Source: Alphaproteobacteria bacterium
GTDB lineage: Bacteria; Pseudomonadota; Alphaproteobacteria; Bin95
Reading direction: 5' to 3'
DNA length: 64,000 nt
Assembly: GCA_964291285.2 (NCBI GenBank)
Contig: OZ219788.1
Coordinates: forward strand, 32,001 to 96,000
Below, piece after piece: positions 1-9,976 of the stretch (within the stretch, counting starts at the first letter, position 1; each line of letters begins with the position of its first letter). Under the pieces are notes generated by a model, which saw nothing but the letters and a program-made list of their open reading frames with translations, did no database searches and was not told where the DNA came from. A program made the translations under genes and the position numbers.

Positions 1-329
1 CCATCGGACAAGCAGTCTTCCAGGGCCATGGAAATACTGAGGAAGCTGCAGGCTGAGGGATATCCTGCCGAGCTGCCTCCACACTCGTACCCGACCACGC
101 CGAACTCCGTCTCGCCAGCTTGCGGCGGCTCTTGATCTTGTGGGCGTAGAGGGTTTCGTCTGCGCGCAGGAGCGTGGTCCGGATTCTCCGCCGGAGGACC
201 GTCGCGCTCTGGCGCGGGCATCGGTCCTGGCGCTGTTCGCGCATGAAGGAGCGGGTCGGATCGGGGCAGACACGTCGCTGGCGCTTGCCCGGTTTTCCCG
301 CCATGGGCTGCGCCATCATTTCCTCGACC

Positions 330-772
330 CTTTCTGCCGCCGCCTCGATGCCGCGATCGTGGTGTGCTCCCGGTTCGTCGAGATGCTGAAACCGGTCGAG
401 TGCAACATTGCCGCCCTCGATTGGGGCCAAGCGATGCTGCACGGGTCGACGAATGACTGCGCCGTCCGGTTCGAGGCCTTCCAGTCCGGCGACCTGCCGC
501 TCTTCCTTGTCGGTCTCGGGGCCGGCGGCACGAGCGTCAGCCTGACCGCTGCCGACACGGTGACCGTCTGCGATCCGTGGTGGAACCGGGCGGTGGAGCG
601 CCAGGCCATGGACCGGGCGCACCGGATCGGCCAGGACAAGCCGGTGTTCGTGCACCGGCTGATCGCGAAGGCCAACGTCGAGGCCGTCATCCATCGGATG
701 CAGGCGCGCAAGCAGGCGCTCGCTGACGCGCTGTTCGGACCGGCGCAACCGGGTTCCCGTGTCGGTCCATGA
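330..772 (+). pseudogene. SNF2-family helicase C-terminal remnant
   Basis: Motifs ...LTAADTVTVCDPWWNRAVERQAMDRAHRIGQDKPVFVHRLI; the N-terminal ATPase domain is absent; start approximate. Confidence 0.75.
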
Positions 773-3035
773 CGCGGCGCGGGTCATGAAGCCCGGCGCC
801 GGCCGGGAACGGGGATCGCCGGACCGGGAGGTTCTGGCCGGGCCGATCGAGCGCGTCACCTTCCACAATCCCGAGAACGGCTTCTGCGTGCTCAGGGTCC
901 GTGCGCGGGGCCATCGCGATCTGGTCACGGTAGTCGGTCATGCCGCAACAGTGGCGCCCGGGGAATGGATCACCGCCTCGGGCGAATGGGTGAACGACCG
1001 CACCCACGGCCAGCAGTTCAAGGCGCACTTCATCCGCACCGCCGCGCCCTCGTCGGTGGAGGGCATCGGGAAGTATCTGGGCTCCGGCATGATCCGGGGC
1101 ATCGGCCCGGTCTACGCCGGCAAGCTGGTGCGGGCGTTCGGCGAACGGGTCTTCGACGTCATCGAGGCCGAGCCGGAGCGGCTGCGCGAGGTGGAGGGCA
1201 TCGGCAAGGTGCGGGCCAAACGGATCACCGACGCCTGGGCCGAGCAGAAGGCGGTGCGCGAAATCATGGTGTTCCTGCACGGTCACGGCGTGGGCACGGC
1301 GCGGGCGGTGCGGATATTCCGGACCTACGGCGCGGACGCCGTGGAGGTGATGACGGAGAACCCCTACCGCCTTGCCCGGGACATCCGCGGCATCGGGTTC
1401 AGGACGGCCGACGTGATTGCGATGAAGCTCGGGGTCGGGAAGACGGCCATGGTCCGGGTGCGCGCCGGCATCGGCCATGCGCTGGCCGAAGCGATGGACG
1501 AGGGCCACTGCGGCCTGCCGGAAGCGGAGCTGGAACCGCTCGCGGCTAAGCTCCTCGAAGTTCCGGCCGGTCTGATCCGCACCGCGCTGGACCTGGAGCT
1601 GGCCGACGGCGCCGTCGTCGCCGACACGGTGGCGGACACGTCCTGCATGTTCCTGACCGGCCTGCACCGGGCCGAGCGCGCGATCGCGGCCCGGCTGGCG
1701 GAGATTGCGGGCGGAAGGCTTCCGTGGTCCCCGATCGACCCGGACAAGGCGCTGCCCTGGGTGGAGCGCAGGACCGGGCTTGCCCTGGCGCCGGGTCAGG
1801 CCGATGCGGTGCGGACGGCGCTTTCCTCGAAGGTGTCCGTGATCACCGGCGGGCCGGGGGTCGGCAAGACGACGGTCGTCAACGCGATCCTGCGCATCCT
1901 GACGGCCAGGGGCGTCGATATCCTGCTCTGCGCGCCGACCGGGCGGGCCGCGAAGCGAATGAGCGAGGCGACCGGGTTCGAGGCGAAGACGATCCACCGC
2001 CTGCTCGAGGTCGACCCCCGCACCGGCGGGTTCAGGCGCGACCGCGAGAGCCCGCTCGACTGCGGCCTGCTTGTGGTCGACGAAACCTCGATGGTCGACG
2101 TGCTTCTGATGCGCTCGCTGCTGGCGGCGGTTCCTGACGGGGCGGCGCTGCTGATCGTGGGCGATGCCGACCAGTTGCCCTCGGTGGGACCCGGCCAGGT
2201 GCTGGCCGACATCATCGCCTCGGGCGCGGCGCCGGTGGCGCGGCTGAGCGAGGTGTTCCGCCAGGCGGCGCGCAGCCGGATCGTCACGACCGCCCACCGC
2301 ATCAACCGGGGCGCCATCCCCGACCTCTCCCGGCCCGAGGGCGAGAGCGATTTCTATTTCGTGTCGGCCGAAGACCCGGAGACGGCGGTCTCGCGGATTG
2401 TCGACCTAGTGAAGACGCGCATCCCGAAACGCTTCGGGTTCGATCCGGTGCGCGACATCCAGGTGCTGTGCCCGATGAACCGGGGCGGCGTCGGCGCGCG
2501 CTCGCTCAATGTCGAACTCCAGGCCGCCCTCAACCCGGCGGGCGAGCACAAGATGGAGCGTTTCGGCTGGACCTTCGCGCCGGGCGACAAGGTGATGCAG
2601 ATCGAGAACGACTACGACAAGGAAGTCTACAACGGCGATATCGGGCTCGTGTCCGGCGTGGATCCGGAGGCGGGCGAACTTGCCGCGCGCTTCGAGGGGC
2701 GCGACCTTGTCTACGGCTTCGGCGAGCTCGACGCGCTGGTGCCGGCCTATGCGGCGACGGTGCACAAGAGCCAGGGCTCGGAATATCCGGCGGTGGTGAT
2801 GCCGGTGCTGACGCAGCACTACGCGATGCTGAAGCGGAACCTGCTCTATACCGGGGTCACGCGCGGCAAGCGGCTGGTGGTGCTGGTGGGCCAGAAGAAG
2901 GCCGTCGCGACCGCGGTGCGCAACGCCTCGGGACGTCAGCGCTGGTCAAAGCTCGACGAGTGGCTGGCCGGGGGAAGCGCCCGTCGGGAACTCGCGGCTG
3001 AACGGGCCATCGTTGCTCCCCGGTCGGCGAGATGA
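759..3035 (+). CDS. recD2: ATP-dependent RecD2-like DNA helicase
   Basis: N-terminal ERVTFHNPENGFCVL, HhH region, Walker A GGPGVGKTT, VVDETSM, TVHKSQGSEY, NLLYTGVTR. Confidence 0.93.
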   Translation: MSVHDAARVMKPGAGRERGSPDREVLAGPIERVTFHNPENGFCVLRVRARGHRDLVTVVGHAATVAPGEWITASGEWVNDRTHGQQFKAHFIRTAAPSSVEGIGKYLGSGMIRGIGPVYAGKLVRAFGERVFDVIEAEPERLREVEGIGKVRAKRITDAWAEQKAVREIMVFLHGHGVGTARAVRIFRTYGADAVEVMTENPYRLARDIRGIGFRTADVIAMKLGVGKTAMVRVRAGIGHALAEAMDEGHCGLPEAELEPLAAKLLEVPAGLIRTALDLELADGAVVADTVADTSCMFLTGLHRAERAIAARLAEIAGGRLPWSPIDPDKALPWVERRTGLALAPGQADAVRTALSSKVSVITGGPGVGKTTVVNAILRILTARGVDILLCAPTGRAAKRMSEATGFEAKTIHRLLEVDPRTGGFRRDRESPLDCGLLVVDETSMVDVLLMRSLLAAVPDGAALLIVGDADQLPSVGPGQVLADIIASGAAPVARLSEVFRQAARSRIVTTAHRINRGAIPDLSRPEGESDFYFVSAEDPETAVSRIVDLVKTRIPKRFGFDPVRDIQVLCPMNRGGVGARSLNVELQAALNPAGEHKMERFGWTFAPGDKVMQIENDYDKEVYNGDIGLVSGVDPEAGELAARFEGRDLVYGFGELDALVPAYAATVHKSQGSEYPAVVMPVLTQHYAMLKRNLLYTGVTRGKRLVVLVGQKKAVATAVRNASGRQRWSKLDEWLAGGSARRELAAERAIVAPRSAR

Positions 3036-3089
3036 TTTTCTCGCGGCCCCGTCCTGGTTTTCGTGGAGCCGTCAGTCAGTGCTGGCCCG

Positions 3090-3262
3090 GCGCTCACGCG
3101 GAGTTCGTCGCCGGGGCGGTCGGGCGGTGGATCGCCGCGGCTGGGGCCCGGACTGCCTTCATCGAGCCGGGCTCACCCCGGGAGGACGGCTGTATCGAGA
3201 GCTTCAACGCCCGGCTCCGCGACGAGCTCCTCGACGGGGATATCTTCTACAGTCTGAACTGA
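3090..3262 (+). pseudogene. IS3-family transposase (integrase core) remnant
   Basis: EFVAGAVGRW..TAFIEPGSPREDGCIESFNARLRDELLDGDIFYSL matches the IS3 rve C-terminal motif. Confidence 0.8.
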
Positions 3263-3329
3263 GGCTCGAGGGTCTGGTGCGGTGCGGTGCGGTGCGCCCG
3301 CCCCTTCGAGCGGGTCGCGGACGACCCCG

Positions 3330-3486
3330 ACGGGAGCCTGTTCGCGCCTGCGCCTGCACCTACCGGCGGCACCTGGTGTTCTTCGCCCGGATTGCCGCCA
3401 CCGACGATGCGCCGGTAATTCTTCGCATCGTCCATCAGCGCCGCAACTTGCCCGCGCTGGCATATTTCGAGGACATCGGCGGCTGA
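3330..3486 (+). pseudogene. ParE/RelE-like toxin C-terminal remnant
   Basis: RRHLVFF...PVILRIVHQRRNL resembles the ParE C-terminus; no N-terminus seen. Confidence 0.5.
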
Positions 3487-3503
3487 GTTCGCCGCCCGAA
3501 TCG

Positions 3504-3890
3504 TCACGCCGGGTCTTCGCCGAGGGCCTCCGCCATCGCCAGGCGTCCGTCCTTGACGATGCTGTCGAGCTGCTTCCTGCGCTTGTCGCGGAGCAATTCC
3601 TCGCCGCGGAGCGTGGTCAGCAGGTAAACGCCGCAGTAGATGTCCTCGATCAGCGCGAGGTGACCGGGCCCGACCGCGGCCCCGGCGAGCCGGTCGAACC
3701 GCTCCCCGGCGGCGGCGAGAGTCACGGAACGGACGAGTTGGCTGGCCGGAATCCCTTGGCGGAGCGCCGCATCCTCGACCAGTTGCCACTCCGTATCGGA
3801 GAAACGGATGGTGCGCGAGCGGCGGGGATCGCCCGCCCGCTCGCCGGCTTCCGCCGACTTCCTGCGCGCTTTCCTGTCGTCTCGGGCCAT
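3504..3890 (-). CDS. Ribbon-helix-helix (MobC/CopG-like) protein
   Basis: RTIRFSDTEWQLVEDAALRQGIPASQLVR; AGGAG precedes ATG at 3890. Confidence 0.6.
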   Translation of the reverse strand: MARDDRKARRKSAEAGERAGDPRRSRTIRFSDTEWQLVEDAALRQGIPASQLVRSVTLAAAGERFDRLAGAAVGPGHLALIEDIYCGVYLLTTLRGEELLRDKRRKQLDSIVKDGRLAMAEALGEDPA

Positions 3891-4783
3891 GTTGCTGCTC
3901 CTTTTCGACCGCGCCGGGGACCGGCGCGGGTCGAGGCCGTGCCCGGATCCCGATCCGCCCGGCCCGTTTTCGGCCAGGAACCCGCGCAATCGTCGAGGCT
4001 GTCGCGGCCCTCCACCGCCTCCCGGCCGACGGTATCGACGAGCCCCCGGAGAGGGTGGAGAGCGCGCCGCGACCGCGGTCGCGGCGGGCGATCCGGCCGA
4101 TTCCGGCGGCTACCATTCGGCTACCGAGCGTATTGCATCGCCATGCGCCAGGCAATCGGGCGATACACGGGCGGGCAGCGACCGTCGTCAGGGGCTGTCA
4201 GGGGCGGCCAAGCGTACCGGTACTGATGTAGTACCGGGCGGCATGCGCTCGGTCCGCAATGCTCCGGTCATCTCCAATCGTCGTCAGGAGTGCCGGAGCG
4301 CCCCCAGGGCATTCCATGGCAGGTTCTGGCGGGCCTTGCAGCCTGCTGCGTTCCGGTGTGACGAAATAGCGGCTCCGCCGTCGAGACAGAGCCGGAAGGG
4401 ATAGCATACACGATGGGGAAATCGACGCCGGGGAACCCGGCGGAGGGGAGCCGCCGCGGCGTGTGAGCGGACGGCCTCGCCGGCGCGAGCGCGGGCACTG
4501 GTGCGAAGCACCGTGCCGAGCGGACGGGCGGCAGCGCCGGCAGTGCCGTCGACAGTCACGCTGGCGGAAGTGCGCCGGGATCGGCGCGGACGGCGATGCA
4601 CCCGGGCGAAGCATGGTGCAGCGGCGCGTGACGCGGACGCGGAACGCAAGCGCGATCGGCGAAGCCGGAGCACGAGTGCGGCGCGAAGCGCGCGAGGTTG
4701 GCGTTGCCGCGTCATCGATGTGCGAAAGAGGAAACGGACCGTGCCGCAGCCGGAGCGACGACACGGCCCGCGATGCGTTGCGG

Positions 4784-5710
4784 TCAGGCTGCTACCTTCA
4801 TCACCGGGATGCCGAGCTGCTTCGCCTTGTCGACGAGGTTCTCGGTGATGCCGGAGCCGGGGAAGGCGATGACGCCCTTCGGCAGGAGGTTGAGCAGTTC
4901 GTCGTTGCGGCGGAAGGGTGCGGCGCGACCGTGGCGGTCCCAGTCGGGCTTGCAGACGACCTGGTGGACGCCGTTGCGCTCGGCCCGGCTTGCGGCGATC
5001 TTCTCGACGCCGGGGCCGCCGCCATGCACGAGCACGAGGTCGGCATACTTGGCGCGGGCCTTGTCGAGCCTGGCGATCACCGCGGCCGGGTCGGCGACGT
5101 CCTTTCCGCCTGCGATGGCGACGAGGGTGCCCTGCGGCAGGTGCGCCATGGTCGCGCGGTCCTTTCGGGCACGGACGAAGTCGCGGGCGTCGATGGCGGC
5201 GCTGGTGAGCGTGCCGGTCTGGCTGGCGTGGCTGCCGTGCCGGGGCCGCCACATGTCGCCGGTCTCTTCGCGGTAGGCGTGCGCGGCGGTGTTGCGCATC
5301 TTCTCGAAGGCGTCGCGCCGGTCTCCGAGGTTCTGCGCGCGGTCGGTGACGAGCTCCAGGTCGCGGGACTTGATCTCGGAGCCGTCCTGCTCGCGCTGGA
5401 GGTCGCGCAGGTCCGGGCTGAGCCGGTCGACGCTGCGGTCGAGGCGGCGGCTCTGGGCGTGGAGCATGTTGACGAAGCCCCAGAGCAGGCTCTCGCGTTC
5501 GTCGGCGAGCTGGGTGCCGTCGGGGCAGGCGCCTTCGGCGAGGATGCGGAAGGCCTCGCCGATTGCGGTCAGCGCATCGTCCTCGTCCCAGACCTCGCGT
5601 GGGTCGAGTTCGTCGCGCTCGGGGGTTGCGCCGAAGAGGGCGGCGTTGTCGCAGACGATCGCGGTTGCGGACTGTGCTGCGGTTTCGGTGGTATCGGTAT
5701 GGAAGGTCAT
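4784..5710 (-). CDS. DUF2493 / YspA-SLOG domain protein of mobile elements
   Basis: C-terminal LVHGGGPGVEKIA..PDWDRHGRAAPFRRNDELL..GVIAFPGSGITENLVDKA; AAGGA before ATG at 5710. Confidence 0.8.
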   Translation of the reverse strand: MTFHTDTTETAAQSATAIVCDNAALFGATPERDELDPREVWDEDDALTAIGEAFRILAEGACPDGTQLADERESLLWGFVNMLHAQSRRLDRSVDRLSPDLRDLQREQDGSEIKSRDLELVTDRAQNLGDRRDAFEKMRNTAAHAYREETGDMWRPRHGSHASQTGTLTSAAIDARDFVRARKDRATMAHLPQGTLVAIAGGKDVADPAAVIARLDKARAKYADLVLVHGGGPGVEKIAASRAERNGVHQVVCKPDWDRHGRAAPFRRNDELLNLLPKGVIAFPGSGITENLVDKAKQLGIPVMKVAA

Positions 5711-6083
5711 GTCGTTTTCCTTTCGGTTTTCACGTTCGGGGCCGATCCCCGTTGTGATGTCCTGTCGGGGCACGCGCGCGCAGCAGAAGCACCCGGGCGT
5801 AGAAGCTCTTGGGGCGGAGTGGTGCGGAAAGTCGGCGATGGTGCGGAAGATCGCCCTGCGATCTTCACGGTCGTCGACTTTCACGGTCCGCCCTTGGAGC
5901 TTCTTGCCCGGGCCGCAGGGAGCGGAGCGACCGGAGGACCCCGCAGGGGTTGCTGTCGCGAGCACGTGTGACACGATTGGAGATCACAGCGGGGTGGCGT
6001 ATTTCTCTCGCCCTGCACGGACCCCATCGTCGTTTCGGCCCGGCACGGCGCCGGAGCGGGAGGCGCCGTTGCCCGCCCTTGCG

Positions 6084-6311
6084 TCAGTTCCACAGGGGAT
6101 GGGAGTCGACCCGCTGCCGGGCGGTCTCGCGGATGCGGGTGCGGTCGTGGAGATAGACGGGGCCGCGCGGGTCCTCGTCGAGATGTATGGCGAACACCCT
6201 GCGCCCCGGCCGGGTGCTGTCGTCGAAGGCGTGGACGTCGCCGACATGGTCGCCGTCCCGGTAGATGCGGGATTCGTCGGGGGCGATGCGGCGGAAGGAG
6301 ATGGTGCTCAT
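6084..6311 (-). CDS. Small hypothetical protein (75 aa)
   Basis: GGAG RBS then MSTISFRRIAPDESRIY...; co-oriented with neighbouring element genes. Confidence 0.6.
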   Translation of the reverse strand: MSTISFRRIAPDESRIYRDGDHVGDVHAFDDSTRPGRRVFAIHLDEDPRGPVYLHDRTRIRETARQRVDSHPLWN

Positions 6312-6492
6312 CGGGTTCTCCGGGTAGCGTGACGGGTGCGCGAGCGGGCTCCCTCTCCTCCTCGCGCGGTTCACCCGCTTTCCAGCCTCGCTCCCACTCC
6401 CGTATGCGCCGCGGCGAGACTCGAACCTGCCCGCATGAGAAAAGGGCCGACGCGCGAGGCGCCGACCCTGTGGGGGGGAAGAACGGGAAGCT

Positions 6493-6918
6493 CTAGAACA
6501 GGATCTGATCCCCATCCATCGGGTCGCCGCCCGCCGCGTCCGGGCCGGGCTGCGCGGCGTTGCCGTTCGCCTTGTCGAGGAACTGCACGCGCCCACCCGG
6601 GACCAGCAGGATCTCGGTCGAGAAGCGGTCGGAGTCCTCGCCCGGCTTCGACCAGCGCCGGGTCTGGAGCTTGCCGTCGATGTAGACGAGCCGGCCCTTG
6701 GTGGCGTGCTTCCCGAGCATGTCGATCAGCCCGTCCTGGAAGGTCACGACCCGGTGCCACTCGGTCCTGTCGACCTTCTCGCCGGTCTGCTTGTTGATGA
6801 ACGACTCGTCGGTCGCGATGCTCAGGTTGGCGACGCGCCCGCCCGAGGCGAGGTGGTTGACGGTGACGTCCGCGCCGAGGCGGCCGATGATCTGCACCTT
6901 GTTCAGTCCGAAGCTCAT
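6493..6918 (-). CDS. ssb: Single-stranded DNA-binding protein (element-encoded)
   Basis: LNKVQIIGRLGAD, TEWHRVV, YIDGKLQTRRW, acidic C-terminal tail ending ILF. Confidence 0.95.
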   Translation of the reverse strand: MSFGLNKVQIIGRLGADVTVNHLASGGRVANLSIATDESFINKQTGEKVDRTEWHRVVTFQDGLIDMLGKHATKGRLVYIDGKLQTRRWSKPGEDSDRFSTEILLVPGGRVQFLDKANGNAAQPGPDAAGGDPMDGDQILF

Positions 6919-7022
6919 TGCGATACTCCTTCAGGTTCGCGTTGATGACGATGGGTTGCGAACGACCGGGGCCGGGGTCACTCCCCCGAACCCCCGCCCG
7001 TTCAATCTCTTCAGGCCCTCCT

Positions 7023-7229
7023 CTACCCCTGACCGCCCGGAGAGAACGACGACGCCGGTTCCGGGAAGAGGCTCGCGAAGCCGTGCACCGGACAGGCTGC
7101 GCCCCGGTCGGGACAGCGGATGGCGCGCTCGTCCCCGGCGATCTCGCGGACGGTGCGACGGTCGACGCCGAGTTCGGCGAGCAGGTCGCAGCCGGTCGGG
7201 AGGTCGAGGGATGTATCGGGATGAAACAT
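7023..7229 (-). CDS. Small hypothetical protein
   Basis: AGGAG RBS then MFHPDTSLDLPTGCDLLAELG... Confidence 0.45.
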   Translation of the reverse strand: MFHPDTSLDLPTGCDLLAELGVDRRTVREIAGDERAIRCPDRGAACPVHGFASLFPEPASSFSPGGQG

Positions 7230-7419
7230 GGCGGGAACTCCTCTGCCGTTGTCCTGCCCGGCGACCTGTGCCGGACATCGATCCGGCATCGGCGGGGAGT
7301 CCTCTCCTCCGCCCTGCCGGACACTCGCCCGGCAGGCGCTTTACTCCTCTCCACGACACAGGGACGGCGCGGCGGATCGCGGCCAGGCGAGCGCCGCCAT
7401 CGCCGCCCGGGACAGCATG

Positions 7420-8442
7420 TCAGGTCCAGGCGGTGAAGGAGGCGGTGACGGGGGCGTCGGCGACGATCTCGACGCGGTTGCGGTCGAGCTTCCCGAAGGC
7501 GAGGCAGAGGGCGACATCGGCCGGATCGTCGAACGGACCGTGCTCGCGGCCGGTCCCCAGTTCGATCACGGTCCAGACCGGCTCGTGGACCGGGATGCCC
7601 CTGAAATGCGCCGAGCCGTGATACGACCTCTCGGCACAGGGCGCACAGCGCGCCGCCCCCTGTGACGGCGCCCCGCAGGCCGTGCACAGGCCGGCGGCCC
7701 GGCGTCGGGCGTACAACTGCCGCGAGCGCGCGTTCTTGCGCTCCGGGTCGTGGCTGGCCTCCTCGATGGCGGCACACGCAGCGCAGCGCGACAGACCGTC
7801 ATGGACGGCGGCGCCGCACCGGGTGCAGAGCCCGGCCCGGCGCCGGTCCCGGTATTGCCGCCGTTCCGCCGCCTGCCTCCTGTCCCGGCAGGGCTGGCAG
7901 GTGGTTCCGCCCCCGGCAGGGGGCTGCCTGCCGCAGCGGATACAGAGTCCCGTCTTGATCCGGGCTTTCTGGCGGCGCTTGCTCTTCGCCCGGGCGGCGC
8001 GCCTTTTGGCTTCGGCATCGGCCCCGCCATACTTGAGGCCGGCGGCTTTCCCGGCGGCGTATTTCGCGCGGTCGGCTGCCCGGCGCTTCTCCAGGCACGG
8101 CTCGCAGGACGCACGGCCATCGGCGGCCGGCTGCTTGCCGCACCGGATGCAGAGCCCGGCGTCGCGGCGCATTTCAGCCTCGCGGCGGGACCGGTCGCGC
8201 TCCTGGGCGCGGGCCTTGTCGGGGTCTCTCCGGGGGAGGCCGGCGGTGCGCAGCCTTGCGTCCCTGGCCCGGCTCGCCCGGTTCCGCTTCTCGCCGCAGG
8301 ACGCGCACAGGGTCCGCGCGGGCTCGGGTTTGCGCTTGCCGCACCCGATGCACTTGCCGCGCGCGCGCCGGTCGGCAACCCGACGACGCCAGCGCTCCAG
8401 GTTCCGCGCGCGCCGCGCCCCGATGTCCTGCTGCTCGCACAT
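7420..8442 (-). CDS. Arg-rich protein with five CxxCG-x(8-10)-CxxC zinc-ribbon modules
   Basis: CIGC/CASC, CIRC/CEPC, CIRC/CQPC, CTRC/CAAC, CTAC/CAPC; AAGGAG RBS. Confidence 0.75.
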   Translation of the reverse strand: MCEQQDIGARRARNLERWRRRVADRRARGKCIGCGKRKPEPARTLCASCGEKRNRASRARDARLRTAGLPRRDPDKARAQERDRSRREAEMRRDAGLCIRCGKQPAADGRASCEPCLEKRRAADRAKYAAGKAAGLKYGGADAEAKRRAARAKSKRRQKARIKTGLCIRCGRQPPAGGGTTCQPCRDRRQAAERRQYRDRRRAGLCTRCGAAVHDGLSRCAACAAIEEASHDPERKNARSRQLYARRRAAGLCTACGAPSQGAARCAPCAERSYHGSAHFRGIPVHEPVWTVIELGTGREHGPFDDPADVALCLAFGKLDRNRVEIVADAPVTASFTAWT

Positions 8443-8529
8443 GGGAGCGTTCTCCTTGCCGTGGGGAAAACGGAAGAGGGACGCCCGGCCGACCCGGGTG
8501 GGCCGGCCGGACATCCCTCGGGAAAGCGC

Positions 8530-8862
8530 TCAGCCGCGCTGCTTGCGGTCGCACAGGAGGCCCGCCGCAACCGAACCCCAGGCCTGTTTCCCGCCGCGGG
8601 TGCGAAGGCCGGTGCAGATGATGATCTCGGTGCGCTCCGGGCGCATCGCCTCGGCTTCCTTGCGCGAGACCACGGTGCGCCTGACCTTGCGCCGCCCCTT
8701 CGCGTTCTCCTCGCCGTCCCGGACCGGACGAATGTCGCCGCAGGCCAGGGCGCGGAACCGCTCGACCACGAAGCGGTCGTCGCCGTCGAGGCCGCCGCCG
8801 AAATAGTGGACCAGGAACGTGCTCGCCGTATTGCCGGGCATCGCCATCGTTGCTGCCGTCAT
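8530..8862 (-). CDS. Hypothetical protein
   Basis: GGAG before ATG; protein-like composition; co-oriented with the cluster. Confidence 0.5.
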   Translation of the reverse strand: MTAATMAMPGNTASTFLVHYFGGGLDGDDRFVVERFRALACGDIRPVRDGEENAKGRRKVRRTVVSRKEAEAMRPERTEIIICTGLRTRGGKQAWGSVAAGLLCDRKQRG

Positions 8863-9113
8863 GCTGCCGTCTCCATCGTGCCGTGGTGGAACCCGGCGGC
8901 AGCGCCCCGCTCTCCGAAGCGCCGACCGCCGCCCCGCTCACGGCCAGACCTTCCCTCCTGCCGGCGCGGAGCGGGGGAGGCGGCGTTCCCGACGGCGGGC
9001 GGCGGGCCGGCGGCACGGGTGACCGGTAGCTGGAGAGCACCCTGGCCATGGCCACACCGGCACGTTCGGGCTGCAATCGACCAGCGCACACGCGATGCGC
9101 TCACCGGTTGTAG

Positions 9114-9526
9114 GTGACAGGAAGGACCACGAAAACGGGGCAACGCGCAGGAAGGACGGCGCGCCCGGGTGGCGGGACGGGAAAGCGCGGCGGGAGCCTC
9201 GACCGTTTGCTCCGCCATCTCGACGACGCGGACCTCGACCGGCCGGTCGAAGCGGCGACAGCCGAGGCCCGCAGGCGCGGGCGGCAGGCCGGCAAGACAT
9301 CCGGAGGAAGGGCGCGCGCCAGGCCGGTGACGCAGGGGCAGGAAAAGCCGATCCTCGCCGCCTTCGAGGCCGGCCTCAGGCCGGCGGCGATCGCGCGGGA
9401 GTTCCGCGTCTCGCGCGCCCGGGTCGACGCGACGCGCTGTCTACGGGGACAGCTTCGGGCCGGTTCCGCCTCTCGCGCGCCCGGGTCGACGGCGTGCTGG
9501 CCGGCACCGGACAAGGCCGCCGGTGA
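9114..9526 (+). pseudogene. Small HTH protein frameshifted by a 62-bp duplication-insertion
   Basis: ILAAFEAGLRPAAIAREFRVSRARV HTH; continuation ..DGVLAGTGQGRR* lies in another frame after a 29-bp direct repeat. Confidence 0.5.
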
Positions 9527-9658
9527 GCGGGAGGCTCACGGCCACGACGCCATCCGCCGCCCGGTCTCCCGCACCCGCGACCCGATGGACCTCTACATCG
9601 TCGCCTTGCGAGGCTCGCACCGGTATATCCCCAGATAGGCCGGCGCACCAACGCCGGC

Positions 9659-9965
9659 ATGACGCCGCTCAACGCCGTGCTCCGCTACCGGGAGCTGCTC
9701 ACGGTGGAAGACCTGTTCCGCCGGGCGAAGGCCCAGTTGCGCACCCGACCGATCTACCACTCCTGCGACGCCGCGATCCGCGGCCACGTCTTCTGCTCCT
9801 TCCTCGCGCTGGTCCTCCAGAAGGAACTGGCCGACCGATGCGCCGCCGCCGGCGTCAGCATCGAATGGCACGACCTGATCCGCGACCTCGACCTCCTGCA
9901 AGAGGCCACCATCGAGAAGCACGGCAAGCGCATCACCACCCGCACCCATGTCGAGGGCCCGGGAA
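9659..9965 (+). pseudogene. IS1634-family transposase C-terminal remnant
   Basis: YRELLTVEDLFRRAK..LRTRPIYH..DAAIRGHVFCSFLALVL. Confidence 0.8.
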
Positions 9966-9976
9966 AGGTCCACGCG

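Noticed and set aside
687-2297. Long antisense or alternate-frame ORFs (also 12851-14689, 21624-23465, 25833-28379, 29795-32014, 56850-59438)
   Set aside because: Shadow ORFs typical of high-GC DNA, overlapping well-supported genes and lacking motifs.
3276-3296. Short (GGTGC)n run as a contingency locus
   Set aside because: Only about four units, lying between gene remnants.
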